This document shows, piece by piece, positions 1-11,217 of a stretch of 64,000 nt of DNA; positions within the stretch are counted from its first letter, which is position 1, and each line of letters begins with the position of its first letter. Location: positions 864,001 through 928,000 of the forward strand of contig CBDFKD010000002.1 in NCBI GenBank assembly GCA_965248695.1, read 5' to 3'. The notes beneath the pieces were generated by a model. That model was not told where the DNA came from. It was given only the letters and a program-made list of their open reading frames with translations, and made no database searches. This DNA comes from Acidobacteriota bacterium. GTDB taxonomy: Bacteria > Acidobacteriota > UBA890 > WLXD01. A program made the position numbers and the translations under genes.

Positions 1-1775
1 GACACGCCCGGCAGATCGCCGTGCACCAGCACGCCTTCCATCATCACCGCCGAAGGGTGCAGGTCGGGAATGTCCTTGGGGTCGATCGTGAACAGGTCCT
101 CGTCGAGCACCACGAGGTCGGCGAGCTTGCCGACCTCGAGGGAGCCGATACGATCCTCCAGGCGGAACGGGTAGGCGCCGTTGATTGTGAACCCGCGCAG
201 GATCGTATGCATATCGACGCGCTCGGTGGCGGGGGGCAGAGGCGGTCGAGGGCTATCCCCGCCTCGCGGCGGCCGGGGCGGCGACTCGCGCGTGTGGGCG
301 CCGTGTATGGTCAGAAACGGGCTGATGACCGAAAGGCCCCAATCGTCGCTGGAGAGGGTCACGCGGGCGCCGGCGTCGAACATCGACTTGGCCACGTAGG
401 TACGCGCCGTGCGTTCCGGGCCCATGCCTCGTGCCCCCGAGCTGCCGGCGTTCACGCCGGCGAACCACCACGCCGTGAAGTTGGCGGAGACGTCGAGCGG
501 CGCGAAGCGCGGGATGTCGGCGGGATCGATGAGCTGCAGGTGGGACAGGGTGGTGCGGGTGTACAGATCCCCCGCGACCGCAGCCCTGGCCGCCTCCACG
601 GCGTCGAGGGTGGCACGCACGGCCCAGTCGCCGATGGTGTGCACGTGCAGGTCCAGCTGCGCCTCGTGCAGCTCGAGGATGAAGTCCCGCAGCTCGTCCA
701 CCGACATCATGGTGTTGCCGGAGGAGCCAGGGTCGTCGACGTAGGGCTCGAGCAAGGCGCCGGAGCGATTGGCGTTGATGCCGTCCATGAACAGCTTGAC
801 GGTGCGAAACCGCAGACGCTCGCTGCCATACGTCTGCTGTAGCCGCCGCATCTCCTCGACCGCCTCGAAGCGACGCTCGGGAGTGAACACCTGGTAGGTG
901 CCCTCGTAGCGCAGCGGCAGCTCGCCGGCGCGGTCCAGTCGGGCCAGCAGAGCATATACCTGGTCCTCGTAGCCGAAGTTGCCGCCGTCGTAGACCGTCG
1001 TCACGCCGTTCTCCAACAGCGTCTGCAGGAACGCCACCACGCTCGCCTCGTGCTCTTCACTAACGTCGTCGAACTGCGACGCCAGGTGCTGCCAGCCCGC
1101 ACCCTCCTTGACCCACCCCGTGGGGGCGCCGTCGGCATCGCGGGCGTACATGGCGACCCCGGGCCGCGGATCGGGCGTGCTGGCGTCGACCCCGAGCACC
1201 TCGAGGGCCTTCGAGTTGAGCCAGTAGCTGTGCCAGTAGCCGCTGGCGATCCACAGCGGCCGGTCGGCGACGATGTGGTCGAGGTCGCGTCGGTGCGGCC
1301 CCGTGGCCCCGTCGACGAACGCCTCGTTGGGCCAGCAGCAAAGTCGGATCCACCCCTCTCCCGGATGGCTCTCGACGTAGTTGCGCAGCGATTCGAGGAA
1401 CTCCTCGCGGCTGGAGCCGCTGACGGACCCGTCGTAGTCCTCGAGGTCGATGTAGCCGGGATGCGTGTGCCCGTCGATGAGGCCAGGGAACACGATGCGT
1501 CCGGCCAGATCGACCGTGCGCGTGGCATCGGACACGAAGGCCGCCGCTCCGGCATCGTCCCCCACGTAGGTGAGCTCGCCGTCCGCGACCGCCACCGCGG
1601 TGGCCGCCGGGTTGGCGTCGTCCATCGTCACGATGTGGCCGCCGGTGAGAACCCAGTCGGCGCCGCCGTCCGATCGACCGCCGCTGCCGTCGCCAGGGCC
1701 GCAGCCCGCAATGAGTGCCGTCGCCGCCAGTAAGGCCAGCCGGACGCCGGAGACTTTGTCGGGCTTCTTGGGCAC
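1..1775 (-). CDS. Amidohydrolase (YtcJ / Amidohydro_3 type) lipoprotein, running off the window start
   Basis: Not in the ORF track because it has no stop in the window. Manual translation from GTG 1775 (GGAG 5 nt upstream): MPKKPDKVSGVRLALLAATALIAGC (lipobox) ...ADWVLTGGHIVTMDDANPAATAVAVADG...FPGLIDGHTHPG...GSLEVGKLADLVVLD. Confidence 0.88.
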   Translation of the reverse strand, partial: MPKKPDKVSGVRLALLAATALIAGCGPGDGSGGRSDGGADWVLTGGHIVTMDDANPAATAVAVADGELTYVGDDAGAAAFVSDATRTVDLAGRIVFPGLIDGHTHPGYIDLEDYDGSVSGSSREEFLESLRNYVESHPGEGWIRLCCWPNEAFVDGATGPHRRDLDHIVADRPLWIASGYWHSYWLNSKALEVLGVDASTPDPRPGVAMYARDADGAPTGWVKEGAGWQHLASQFDDVSEEHEASVVAFLQTLLENGVTTVYDGGNFGYEDQVYALLARLDRAGELPLRYEGTYQVFTPERRFEAVEEMRRLQQTYGSERLRFRTVKLFMDGINANRSGALLEPYVDDPGSSGNTMMSVDELRDFILELHEAQLDLHVHTIGDWAVRATLDAVEAARAAVAGDLYTRTTLSHLQLIDPADIPRFAPLDVSANFTAWWFAGVNAGSSGARGMGPERTARTYVAKSMFDAGARVTLSSDDWGLSVISPFLTIHGAHTRESPPRPPRGGDSPRPPLPPATERVDMHTILRGFTINGAYPFRLEDRIGSLEVGKLADLVVLDEDLFTIDPKDIPDLHPSAVMMEGVLVHGDLPGV

Positions 1776-1792
1776 GTGCACTCCGTCGTTGG

Positions 1793-1826
1793 CTAGCAGG
1801 CCGTGGTGGAAGTGTGCCGGGCCTAG
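1793..1826. repeat. Solo copy of the terminal inverted repeat of the element at 36050-36328
   Basis: CTAGCAGGCCGTGGTGGAAGTGTGCCGGGCCTAG closely matches both 34-bp ends of the element. Confidence 0.85.
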
Positions 1827-2896
1827 CGGTGCTCCACGGTCTGTTCCTCGTAGCGGGCGCCGCTCAGCACGTTGGCCATCGAGTAGTTGGCCTCGTGACA
1901 GGCGTACTCGTACAGCAGGTCGTTGAAGCGCTCGAAGGGGACCTCGCCTCCCCAAGGAGCCGAGTACATCGTCGGGTCGTCGATCGTGAACTCATAGTGG
2001 ATGGTGTCCTCGTCGACGCGGGTGAAGCGCTCGATGACTTTGCCCTCCCTCGACGGAGGCACACCGCGCAACGTGGGATCGGGGTTCAGGTTGGTGGTCT
2101 CGACCACCAGCGTGTCGCCTTCCCACCGTCCCCACGAATCGCCGAACCACGGTCGCACGCCGGCAGGCAGCGGCGGGCGCTCGCCGAGACGAATGATGCG
2201 AACGTCGTGGACCATCTCGGTCATGATCATGACGTGGTCCGCCGTCTGCACGATCGTGTAGTTGTTGTTGTACCAGTAGTTCGGCAGCATCGGCGGGCCG
2301 GCGTTCGACCCGAACGAAACCAGGCAGCGCTGCCCGATGTGCAGTAGCTCCGGATGGTCTCGTCGCCCGAACTGGGCGCGAAAATCGCGCCGCGCCTCGA
2401 CGCGTCGCTCGCCTTCTTCGGTGAGAGCTGGCGGCCGGCCGTCAGCCGGGACGGTGATGAGCGAGCTGCGCGGCTCGCTGCCAACGACCGCTACGCTATC
2501 GCCAGGCTCACGGTAGACCTCGTTGTAACAGCCGGTCGCGGTATCGATGCACTCCGGGTCGTCCCCCCCGGCCGGCGGCGGCGGACGGTCGGGATCGCTC
2601 GGGGCTGCGCCTTGCTCGACCGCATTCGCCTGAATCTGCTCGATGGCCAAGACCTGTTGCGGCGTGAGCACGGGTCCCTGTCCCTCCGGCCGCACCATGG
2701 GCGTCAGCGTCGCGTTGGTCCAGTTGCCCTGCAGGTCCGGGTGGCCATCGGGTGTCCTGGGCGCCTCCCACGTCGCAGAGACTGTGGCGGTCTCCTGAGC
2801 GTTCACAGCCCCGAGTGCCATCAACGACGATGTCAGGATCGCCATTGCAGCGATCACCGGCGCGACTCTGAGCCACATACGTCGTTCCGTGCTCAT
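1823..2896 (-). CDS. Conserved exported hypothetical protein
   Basis: ATG 2896 with GGAGGAG RBS; signal peptide; motifs [36 protein letters not shown] and [10 protein letters not shown], a family common in Acidobacteria-like genomes. Confidence 0.8.
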   Translation of the reverse strand: MSTERRMWLRVAPVIAAMAILTSSLMALGAVNAQETATVSATWEAPRTPDGHPDLQGNWTNATLTPMVRPEGQGPVLTPQQVLAIEQIQANAVEQGAAPSDPDRPPPPAGGDDPECIDTATGCYNEVYREPGDSVAVVGSEPRSSLITVPADGRPPALTEEGERRVEARRDFRAQFGRRDHPELLHIGQRCLVSFGSNAGPPMLPNYWYNNNYTIVQTADHVMIMTEMVHDVRIIRLGERPPLPAGVRPWFGDSWGRWEGDTLVVETTNLNPDPTLRGVPPSREGKVIERFTRVDEDTIHYEFTIDDPTMYSAPWGGEVPFERFNDLLYEYACHEANYSMANVLSGARYEEQTVEHR

Positions 2897-3092
2897 CCGA
2901 ATCTCCTCCAAGCGGACAGCGCTACAGTACAGTACGCCCTGGCAGAACCGCCAAGGGCGACCGGCCCCGGGCACGCGAACTCGTGGCTGCTGCCCGCGCG
3001 GCAAACGACAAACTCGGGCGTTTCTGATGGCTGACGATGCGCAAGCCGATGCACACAGGCTCATCATTGGAGCGCCACCTGCTGTCGGCGTG

Positions 3093-4286
3093 ATGACCCA
3101 CGATCGGCGAGCCTTCCTGCGCTCGACGGCGGCCGGCCTTGTCAGCGCCGTCGTGTTGCCGGAAGGCACGGTCGGCCGCCGGCGGGAAGGGCCGGGTGCC
3201 ACACAGGCGACGTCGTCGGCCGCGTTGAAGCAGACAGACGTGTTCGTTTCCGGTGAGGACGGCTACCACACGTATCGCATTCCGTCCGTAATCCGTGCGC
3301 CATCCGGCGACCTGCTGGCGCTCTGCGAGGGCCGGCGCGACAGCTGGGACGACAGCGGCGACATCGACCTGTTGCTGAAGCGCTCGGTCGACGGCGGCGC
3401 GACGTGGTCAGAGCAGCGGATCATCTGGGACGATGCCGGGAACACCTGCGGCAACCCGCGCCCGATCGTCGACCAGGCCACCGGAACGATCGTGCTGTTG
3501 ATGACCCACAACCTCGGCGTCGATCGGGAGGCCCAGATCATCGCGCGCGAGAGCCGGGGCACGCGCACGGTTTGGGCAGCGCGCAGCATCGACGACGGCC
3601 GCACGTGGACACCGCCGCGCGAGATCACCAGCGCGGTGAAGGTCCTGTCATGGACTTGGTACGCGACCGGGCCCGGGGTCGGCAGCCAGCTCCGGCTCGG
3701 CCCGTACCGCGGTCGCCTCGTGGTGCCGTGCGACCACATCGAGGCCGGAACCGAGCGTTACTTCTCCCACATCATCTACTCCGACGACGGCGGCAGGACC
3801 TGGGCGCTGGGCGGCAGCAGTCCCGTCGATCAGGTGAACGAGTGTCAGGTCGTAGAGCTGTCCGACGGGCGGCTGATGCTGAACATGCGCAACTACGACC
3901 CCAGGCGCACTCATCGCGCCGTCTGCTTCAGCGCTGATGGCGGCGAGTCGTGGTCGGACTTCGCCCACGATCCGACGCTGATGGAGCCGATCTGCCAGGC
4001 AAGCCTGCTCCGCTACGCTTCTGCGGACGAACCGGGTCCCGACCGCCTGCTGTTCTCCAACCCCGCCAGCAGCGCGAAGCGGGTGGCGATGACTGCGCGC
4101 TACAGCCCGGACGGCGGAGTGACGTGGCCGGCCGCGCGTCAGCTTCACGCCGGCCCGTCCGCGTACTCGTGCCTAACTGTCCTGGCGGACGGCACCATCG
4201 GATGCCTCTACGAGCGCGGCGACGAGCACCCCTACGAGCGGATCACGTTCGCGCGGTTCGCTCTCGACTGGCTGCGCGACGCGTAG
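3093..4286 (+). CDS. Exo-alpha-sialidase (GH33 / BNR repeat), Tat-exported
   Basis: Tat motif DRRAFLR; YRIP motif; five Asp-boxes ([40 protein letters not shown]); C-terminal AYS and LYE motifs. Confidence 0.9.
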   Translation: MTHDRRAFLRSTAAGLVSAVVLPEGTVGRRREGPGATQATSSAALKQTDVFVSGEDGYHTYRIPSVIRAPSGDLLALCEGRRDSWDDSGDIDLLLKRSVDGGATWSEQRIIWDDAGNTCGNPRPIVDQATGTIVLLMTHNLGVDREAQIIARESRGTRTVWAARSIDDGRTWTPPREITSAVKVLSWTWYATGPGVGSQLRLGPYRGRLVVPCDHIEAGTERYFSHIIYSDDGGRTWALGGSSPVDQVNECQVVELSDGRLMLNMRNYDPRRTHRAVCFSADGGESWSDFAHDPTLMEPICQASLLRYASADEPGPDRLLFSNPASSAKRVAMTARYSPDGGVTWPAARQLHAGPSAYSCLTVLADGTIGCLYERGDEHPYERITFARFALDWLRDA

Positions 4287-6289
4287 GAGATTCCACGCCC
4301 TCTTGAATTACGAGCACGCTCCGCGTGGTCCGCATCCTCCCCCGATGAGACATGAGTTCGCGCAGCGAGAGTAAGAGCGAGCGTCAGCAGGCCCAGGCCC
4401 AACGGCACGAGGACCGCCGCCGTGCTGCGCTCGGGCGGCTCACCGATCGCGACGAAGAGCCCCAGGGCGAGCGCGGACGAAGGTAACCACCATCCCGGAG
4501 CATCGGCGCGTTCGTGGCGGACGTACAGCCACGTTGCAGCCAACAGGACCGACACGCCGAGCCACGCCAACCCCCCCGGTAACGACGATACTCCCGACAC
4601 CGAACCAACCACCGCCATCACGGCAAGCGCCCGATTCGCTTTGCCTCCCGTGTCGCTGCCGATGGCGATAATCGCTGCCAGGAAGAAGGTCGCCATGGCG
4701 AACCATGCGGCGGGGTTCATCTCGGCTGGAAGGAGTCTCGACAGGACGGCGACAACGGCCGCCAGCGGCAATCCCGCCAACAGCACCGGACGCCGGAGCG
4801 CCACGGGAGCCGGCCCGAAGTCCCGCTTCCAGGAACCTCGCCGGGGCCCGTGCAAGCGAATCCGTCCCCAGGCGCAGGTGTGCAGGAGGATGAGCATGCC
4901 GCAGAGCTCCGCACTTTCTTCCGCCACCGCGCGCACGTTGCCGGCATCGGACCAGCGCGACCCGATACCCCAGTAGTTGGCGTGTTCGGTTACCTCGAGC
5001 AGTGGCGGAATCGTCGCGAGCACCGCGAACCCTGCGACCAGCCCCATGGTGGTCCCGCGCAGCGACTCAGTGACCCAGAGACCGCAAAGGCCGACCGCCA
5101 CCAAACCGAGCAGCACCAGGGCGAACGGCAGTAGCGACCACCACGTTCCCCAGCCGATCACCCCATCCATGAACTCGTGCAACGATGCGATCTCATCCGC
5201 AGAGAGCGCGGTGACAACCAGGGCGATGCAGCTCCATCCGAGCCTCGCGCTCGGCCGAAGCTCCGCCAGCGCGGCGCCGCGCGCGCGACCATCGGCAACC
5301 GTATCTGTCGCGGCCGCGACCGCATAGAACGCCGCGAGCAGGAGCAGAACCCCCGACCACCACGCTGCGAGGTTGCCCTCTCCGAGGAGATTGAGGAATT
5401 CCCCCCATCGAGGTGGAAACAGCCTGCGGATCTCATGCTGAAAGAACGTCGTTGTCACAAGCACACCGCAGCCGACCGCAGCGACGACCGTGAGTGCGTC
5501 CGACGTTTTCCGAACGCGCGTCAAGAAGAACGCGCCGGCAAGGCCACCCTTGCGCAAAGCTGCGGGCGTGATCGATGCCCCGATGAGCAACAAAGTCATC
5601 GCCCAACAGGCCAGGCTCACACGCCACAGCGTGACCAAGCGCAGAAACCACGCGTGTCGATCAAGGTCCGCGGTCAGAGGGAACAACCGGTTCCTGTCGA
5701 ACGGGCGCGGGGCGCCCCCCTCCGGAGCCCAATGCACAGCCATCCGAGGCCGATCGTCTGTGCGTCTGAGAGTCACCAGCAGGCGGTGGAATCCCTGGCC
5801 CAACTCGACCGTGCCGGAAGTGGGGGCTCCCCACGTGCCCCGATTCCGAGCCACGCGCTGGCCGTCGATCCGCACGCTGAGCTGCCCGCTGGCGGCCACG
5901 AAGATCTCGTAAACGCCGGAAGTCGGCACGTACCAAAGCCCGCTCCAGCGAATCGTGCGTCGCCCCAACCCGCGAGTGAGCTTGCTGGCGTCCCGCCTGC
6001 CAACCCCCGGTCCGTTGAGCGCAGGCAACGCGACGGTGCCCGACGCGGCGGACATATCGTCCAGGGCGGCACCAGGCAGATAGACATCGTAGCGCAGCCC
6101 GGTCTGCATCCCCAAGCGTGCGTCCAACAACCCCCAGGCGCCCGAGAGCGACAGCGCCACCAGAAGCAGGCCGAGCGTCCAGACGTGTTTCGGCTTCCAG
6201 CCACTGCTCATCTTGCCGACTGCTCCGCTACGTTGCCGGGGCTGGACGACGGTCGGTGCCCGACTCGAGACGACTTCCCAATCTGCCAT
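4232..6289 (-). CDS. Membrane protein with N-terminal PA14-like domain
   Basis: [19 protein letters not shown]...[10 protein letters not shown]...[10 protein letters not shown] is PA14-like, followed by many TM helices. The start may be ATG 6211. Confidence 0.65.
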   Translation of the reverse strand: MADWEVVSSRAPTVVQPRQRSGAVGKMSSGWKPKHVWTLGLLLVALSLSGAWGLLDARLGMQTGLRYDVYLPGAALDDMSAASGTVALPALNGPGVGRRDASKLTRGLGRRTIRWSGLWYVPTSGVYEIFVAASGQLSVRIDGQRVARNRGTWGAPTSGTVELGQGFHRLLVTLRRTDDRPRMAVHWAPEGGAPRPFDRNRLFPLTADLDRHAWFLRLVTLWRVSLACWAMTLLLIGASITPAALRKGGLAGAFFLTRVRKTSDALTVVAAVGCGVLVTTTFFQHEIRRLFPPRWGEFLNLLGEGNLAAWWSGVLLLLAAFYAVAAATDTVADGRARGAALAELRPSARLGWSCIALVVTALSADEIASLHEFMDGVIGWGTWWSLLPFALVLLGLVAVGLCGLWVTESLRGTTMGLVAGFAVLATIPPLLEVTEHANYWGIGSRWSDAGNVRAVAEESAELCGMLILLHTCAWGRIRLHGPRRGSWKRDFGPAPVALRRPVLLAGLPLAAVVAVLSRLLPAEMNPAAWFAMATFFLAAIIAIGSDTGGKANRALAVMAVVGSVSGVSSLPGGLAWLGVSVLLAATWLYVRHERADAPGWWLPSSALALGLFVAIGEPPERSTAAVLVPLGLGLLTLALTLAARTHVSSGEDADHAERARNSRGRGISYASRSQSRANRANVIRS

Positions 6290-6337
6290 CCTGCCAACCG
6301 GACCATCAGCAAGTTACAGGGATCCATCGCGGCAGGT

Positions 6338-6850
6338 TCATTTCCCACCGCCTGAGCTTGGGCATGCTCCCGGCGCCTCCACTAGGGCCGCCCAAACCGC
6401 CGGTCCGAGGGTCATTCTGCGGCGACGCGCACTCTCCCAAGCTGCGCGTGCCTCCTCGGCACGACCGCTGGCGTGCAGAGCGAGCACCCAGGTGCGCTGC
6501 CAATCGAGGCCGTCGGCGCTCTCGCTGCGGACGCTCTCCAACTGGTCGAGGGCAGCGGCCGAGTCACCCGAAGCGAGCAGCGCCCTGGCCAGCCCGACGT
6601 GGGCGCCGAGATCCTCCGGATCGATCTGCAGCGCGGCGCGGTATTCGCGCTCTGCAGCGAGCGCGTCGCCCGCCAGGCGCAGATACTCGTCGCCCAGCTC
6701 CCGGTGCTCTCGACCGTCCGAGAGACGCTTGAAGACGCGAAGATGCTCGACCCCCTCCGGGTCGCCGCGCCGACGCAGGACCGTACCCAGGTCGAAGTGT
6801 CCCTGGACGTTGCGTGGCGCCATCCGCAACAACGTCCGTGCCGCTCCCTC
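6338..6850 (-). pseudogene. 5'-truncated TPR protein (C-terminal part only)
   Basis: TPR repeats (AEREYRAALQIDPEDLGAHVGLARALL); the frame begins abruptly at the junction with the GntR fragment at about 6850. Confidence 0.7.
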
Positions 6851-7325
6851 GTTCGTCGAGCATGCGCAGCAATCGATCGTTGCTCGACGCCGCCGACAGC
6901 AGGTAGTGAAACTCGTGGTTTACAGCAATGCCAGCGCCGATGTCTTGCTCCGCGAACGCGGCGCGGTAGCTCCCGTTCACCTCTCGAAGCTCTTCGAGGG
7001 CGGCGTCGTCGAGCGCCGGGAACGATTCCTGTGCCGCCAGCTCCTCCAGCGCGCAGATGATCGGGTAAAACTCCACCAGATCGGCAGCAGATTCCTCGGG
7101 CACGCGGAAGCCGCGATGCGGGATGCGCTCGAGGAACCCCTCGGACGCAAGGCGGCCCAGCGCCTCTCGCACCGGCGTGCGACTGACCTGCAGCCGCTCG
7201 CTCACGTCTTGCTCCCTAATGAACTCACCAGGCGTCAGATTCGCGGCTAGGACGCGATCTCGGAGGATTTGATAGACCTGATCGGTCAGCGTCGCAGTTC
7301 GCAGCAGCGGCCAGGTCTCATTCAC
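6851..7325 (-). pseudogene. 3'-truncated GntR (FCD) regulator
   Basis: HTH VSRTPVREALGRL; aligns with the 8170-8856 paralog up to NDRLLRMLDE, then the similarity ends. Confidence 0.8.
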
Positions 7326-7350
7326 TAGCTGCTCATAGTGTGTGTGAAAT

Positions 7351-7361
7351 ATTGTATGCAG
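7351..7361 (-). promoter_or_regulatory. Probable -10 box (TACAAT) / GntR-type operator in an AT-rich spacer
   Basis: The minus strand reads ACTGCATACAAT about 25 nt upstream of the GntR start, and resembles TGTATACA-type FCD operators. Confidence 0.35.
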
Positions 7362-7404
7362 TATTCGATCCGCTCAAATTAGTGACGAAATCCGCATAAG
7401 TAAA

Positions 7405-8022
7405 GGGGCGGCGGCGCGCGCCGGCGATCGAGAGTCGGCTCGCACCCACCAGACGCGATTCCAGGAGCTATCGCGGGCTCGGGATGATGGCGAAGAGCTG
7501 CAGCGGCGCATCGGGCTGCTCCGGGAAGCCACCGCGGAAGCCACCACGGCCGCAGCGGCGGAGGAGGTCGGGATCATTGCCGAGGAACTGGCACAACTGG
7601 CACCCGACGACGCGGATATTCTCCTGGTACAGGCTCGAGTGGCGCTGTCGATGGACGACCTCGGGGCTGGGCTGGATAGGACTGCTCGTGCGATCGAGAT
7701 CTACCCCTCCCACTGGGAGGCTCAATACCTGCGCGGTTTGCTGCTGCACCGCAGCGGCCGGCCCGACGAGGCAGTAGGGTTCCTGGAGCGCGCCGTCGAG
7801 CTCCACTCGATGTACGGCCCCGCCTACGCTGCGCTGGGCAACGCGTTGATGACGCTCCAGAGACCGACGCCAGCACTAGACGCGTACCGGTCGGCGGTGA
7901 TCCTCGAGCCCGCCAACGCGGCTCACTATCTGAACCTCGCAACGGCGTACGGAGCGCTCGGTCAGGCAGAGCTTGAAGCCCGTGCCCTCGCCACCCATCG
8001 CCGATTGCGCGTCGAGCAATAG
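7405..8022 (+). pseudogene. 5'-truncated TPR protein
   Basis: The TPR frame (AIEIYPSHWEAQYLRGLLL...LEPANAAHYLNLATAY) stays open and coding-like upstream of GTG 7639 back to about 7405, with no ATG or RBS, then meets an AT-rich spacer. Confidence 0.6.
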
Positions 8023-8169
8023 GGTCCGACGGTGATCTTGCGCCGGCGGCCGGTGTAACCGATGCTTGTGCCGTGGGTGGTCACAATCGATGCCGGCGCG
8101 CGAGTCGATGAGGCGTAGCTCAACGCCGACCAGGAAGTCGCGTTCACGCCGAAGCCGCGAGGGGCCGCA

Positions 8170-8856
8170 ATGGACGCCGTGTTCAAGGACGCTTGGCCCA
8201 GGCTTGCAACCACGACCCTCACCGACCAGGTTTATACGGTCTTGCGCGACCGAATCCTCGCCGGCCAGGTCGCTCCGGGCGAGTTCATCCGGGAGCAAGA
8301 AGTCAGCGACGCCGCCGGCGTGAGTCGAACGCCGGTAAGAGAGGCCTTGGGGCGACTCGCATCGGAGGGATTCCTCGAACGCATCGCGCACCGCGGCTTT
8401 CGCGTTCCCGAGGAATCGATCACCGATCTGCTGGAGTTGTATCCGATCCTCGGTACGCTCGAGGCCCTCGCTGGTCGCGAATCCTTCCCCCGTCTCGACG
8501 AGGCGGACATCGTCGAGCTGCACGAGATCAACCGCCACTACGCCGCCGCCGCGGAGCGTGAGGACCATCGTGCCGGCATCGATTTGAACGATCGGTTCCA
8601 CCAAATGCTGTCGCGCCGTGCCGAGAACGGCCGCCTCGAATCGATGCTCGACGATCTACGCGCGACGGTGCGCCGACTCGAGACGTGGACGTTCACCAGC
8701 CATCGTCGCGACTGGACCCAATCGATCTCCGACCACAACGAGATCCTCGTGGCCATCGAGGCGGGTGATTTCGACACCGCTGTCGAGACCGTCTGGAGCA
8801 ATCGCCTCATGACCTACCGGAAGTTCCGTAGCGTCATGGCGGCAACACCGGAATAA
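8170..8856 (+). CDS. GntR family transcriptional regulator (FCD domain)
   Basis: wHTH VSRTPVREALGRLASEG; FCD motifs NDRFH and DHNEILVAI. Confidence 0.93.
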   Translation: MDAVFKDAWPRLATTTLTDQVYTVLRDRILAGQVAPGEFIREQEVSDAAGVSRTPVREALGRLASEGFLERIAHRGFRVPEESITDLLELYPILGTLEALAGRESFPRLDEADIVELHEINRHYAAAAEREDHRAGIDLNDRFHQMLSRRAENGRLESMLDDLRATVRRLETWTFTSHRRDWTQSISDHNEILVAIEAGDFDTAVETVWSNRLMTYRKFRSVMAATPE

Positions 8857-8887
8857 CCCGGCCCACGGATCACGAACGTCCGGTCTG

Positions 8888-10513
8888 CTACGGCGTGATG
8901 TGGTGCCCGATCGAGTCGAGCCATGCCGCCGCACGACCGTACAGCCGCGCGTAGTAGTCGGCAGAGCTACGGGCGGTGAGCGGCTCCCAGTCGTCAGCGT
9001 CGGCAGGATTCCCTTCGAGGATCTCGCCATTCGGCCGAATCGTGTGACCGATGCTCCACATGAAACCGATCACCGGTTGCTCGGATCCCGGGAAGCGCAG
9101 CTCCTCCATCCACTCCCAGGTGTTGGAGTAGCCGCCGGCCGGCATGCCGATAATCCGACCGAGCTGGTTGTCGGCCACGATGGCGTTGAACTGATCCACG
9201 TGTGAGCCGCCGTGGGGACCGCTGATGATCACCAGCGGGCCAGTCAGATGCCGGAGCGTGGGCTCGAGTATCCCGTTGGACTCCTTCGGCGCGTGCGCCA
9301 GCTTGAACGGCACAGGCGCGGTGACCGTATCGCCCCGCGCTCGTGCGGCCGCAACGTCGTCCTCCAGCCAATCGAGCAACCAGGTGCTCTCGACAGCGGT
9401 AGCGGCGGCATCACTTTCGAGGGCTAGCTCGGCGGAGAGATCCGCCCGCTTGCCGGCGATGAATGGCTCGATCACGTCGGACAACCGCAGGGTGCCGAAG
9501 GTCGTCTTGAAGGCCTGCGGCTGCAGCCGTTGCAGAGCATAGGCTCCAAGGGATCCGCCGCGGCTTCGCGTGACGTCGACGATGAGCGCGTGGTCGAGCC
9601 AGCTCTCGCGCTCGGCTCGGGCAACCAGCGCGTCGACGTCCTCCACCAGCGTGGGCCCGAAACCCGACCAGAGCAGGATCGCGATCCGGCGCCCGTCGTC
9701 GGGCCACAGCAGATCGTAGGTCGGCGTGCTGCCGACCAATGTGAACCCCGCATACCGAGGCTCGGAGAGGTCGCGCCACTGTAGCTCGGCGGGATCGTGA
9801 TACCCCAGGGCGACGGAATAGAAGTCGCCCTCGCTGTCCTGGAGCATCAGCAGCAACGTCTCTTCGAGCAGGCTGGGGTGGACGACACCGGTGCGCTGCG
9901 AGACTAGCTCAGCGATCTTCCAGCGGAGCCCGGCGGCGGTGGAATGACGCACATACGGCGACACGAGCTCGACGTATTCCGAGATATGGAGTCCGTTGAT
10001 CTGCACGAGGCGATCGCCGGGCGTGACCCGACGCGCCGCCTCGTGGCTATCGGCCACGTCACCGATGAAGTAGTCGTCTGACTGATCGCCATAATCCGGA
10101 AACACGCGTACCGGAGCCTGACGCGGCGCCGTCGTTGCCGACATGCCGAGCGTCGCCAGCCCATCGGTCAACTCCGGCGAAACGCCCCCAGGCACCAGCA
10201 TCACCGACAGATGCCGATCACGTCGCGCAGCGCTCAGCCGCGCGAGAGCGTAGAAAAGCTCGCTCTCGGTCTCCGCTTCGACCAACGCATCGCGCTCTCC
10301 CCGCATGACGCGGACGGGATCGAAGCGCAAGGCTGAGTTCTTGATCGGTGAGAACGCCTCCCGGTCTCGGGTCTTGGCGATGATGGCGCTGAAGAGCGCC
10401 GCGCGCTGCCCCGGAGTGCCCACCGCGGAAGTCGAGGTGCTGCAGGCGGTGGTCGCAAGCGCGCACGCAACCGCAGCGACTAGGCAGATCCTGGCGACGG
10501 GCGGGGCGATCAC
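8888..10513 (-). CDS. S41-family peptidase-like lipoprotein with PDZ-like segment
   Basis: Lipobox ATTAC; PGDRLVQING (PDZ); LIVDVTRSRGGS; GGSHVDQF; IIGMPAGG; ILEGNPADAD. Confidence 0.7.
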   Translation of the reverse strand: MIAPPVARICLVAAVACALATTACSTSTSAVGTPGQRAALFSAIIAKTRDREAFSPIKNSALRFDPVRVMRGERDALVEAETESELFYALARLSAARRDRHLSVMLVPGGVSPELTDGLATLGMSATTAPRQAPVRVFPDYGDQSDDYFIGDVADSHEAARRVTPGDRLVQINGLHISEYVELVSPYVRHSTAAGLRWKIAELVSQRTGVVHPSLLEETLLLMLQDSEGDFYSVALGYHDPAELQWRDLSEPRYAGFTLVGSTPTYDLLWPDDGRRIAILLWSGFGPTLVEDVDALVARAERESWLDHALIVDVTRSRGGSLGAYALQRLQPQAFKTTFGTLRLSDVIEPFIAGKRADLSAELALESDAAATAVESTWLLDWLEDDVAAARARGDTVTAPVPFKLAHAPKESNGILEPTLRHLTGPLVIISGPHGGSHVDQFNAIVADNQLGRIIGMPAGGYSNTWEWMEELRFPGSEQPVIGFMWSIGHTIRPNGEILEGNPADADDWEPLTARSSADYYARLYGRAAAWLDSIGHHITP

Positions 10514-10669
10514 ATCGGCATCCTACTGTCGGGCGCAGCCCGGCGTCGACATGCCTTACCCTCAGTGCCTCGATGGTTCTCGTGCGATGCAGTCTGGTGC
10601 GATGAAGCAGGGACCGCTGAAAACTGTCGGGCGGCGGTAGCCGGACCTACGACAGGCTGGAGAAACGAC

Positions 10670-11203
10670 ATGGTGGATGAGGCGCATCTGGAACAGACTC
10701 CTGGCGGCAAGGTCGCCAGCAGCAATGGCTGGTTCGTGTTGCACACCTCCGAGGCCCCCTGGCTGCGGAGTGAGCGCTTCGGTGCCGTGTGCCGCTTCGA
10801 AGGAGAGCCCCGGTTCCCGCACGTGGGCATGAACCTGCGAGTTCTGGAGCCCGGGAAGCCCGCTTGCCTCTACCACCGCCAGAACGCCCAGGAGAACTTC
10901 TTCGTCATCTCCGGTGAATGCACGCTGGTGGTCGAGGAACAGGAGCGAACGCTGCGCGCGGGCCACTTCGTTCATTGTCCCGCCGAGACGAACCACGTGT
11001 TCGTCGGCGCCGGCGACGAGCCCTGCGTCATGCTGATGATCGGCCACCGCCCCGAGCAGGACGCGCTCTGCTACCCGGTGAGCACCGCTGCGGCCAAGTA
11101 CGCTGGGTCGGTGGTGAAGGAGACCACCAGCCCGGCGGAGGCGTACGGTGCTCCGGACATGGAGTCCATCGCCCCCCTCTGGCCGCCCGACGGCCAGGAG
11201 TGA
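10670..11203 (+). CDS. Cupin domain protein
   Basis: LYHRQNAQENFFVISG and HCPAETNHVF cupin motifs; GGAG RBS. Confidence 0.85.
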   Translation: MVDEAHLEQTPGGKVASSNGWFVLHTSEAPWLRSERFGAVCRFEGEPRFPHVGMNLRVLEPGKPACLYHRQNAQENFFVISGECTLVVEEQERTLRAGHFVHCPAETNHVFVGAGDEPCVMLMIGHRPEQDALCYPVSTAAAKYAGSVVKETTSPAEAYGAPDMESIAPLWPPDGQE

Positions 11204-11217
11204 CACCAGCCGGCTCG

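Noticed and set aside
21-1733. Long plus-strand ORFs (21-842, 1050-1733) and similar antisense ORFs such as 13730-15073, 23879-25060, 25330-26775 and 50126-51466
   Set aside because: They are shadow frames of well-supported genes on the opposite strand, expected at high GC, and have no family motifs.
6564-7325. 253-aa GntR ORF as a genuine protein with a novel C-terminal domain
   Set aside because: The tail is an out-of-frame read of the TPR fragment beyond the junction at about 6850.
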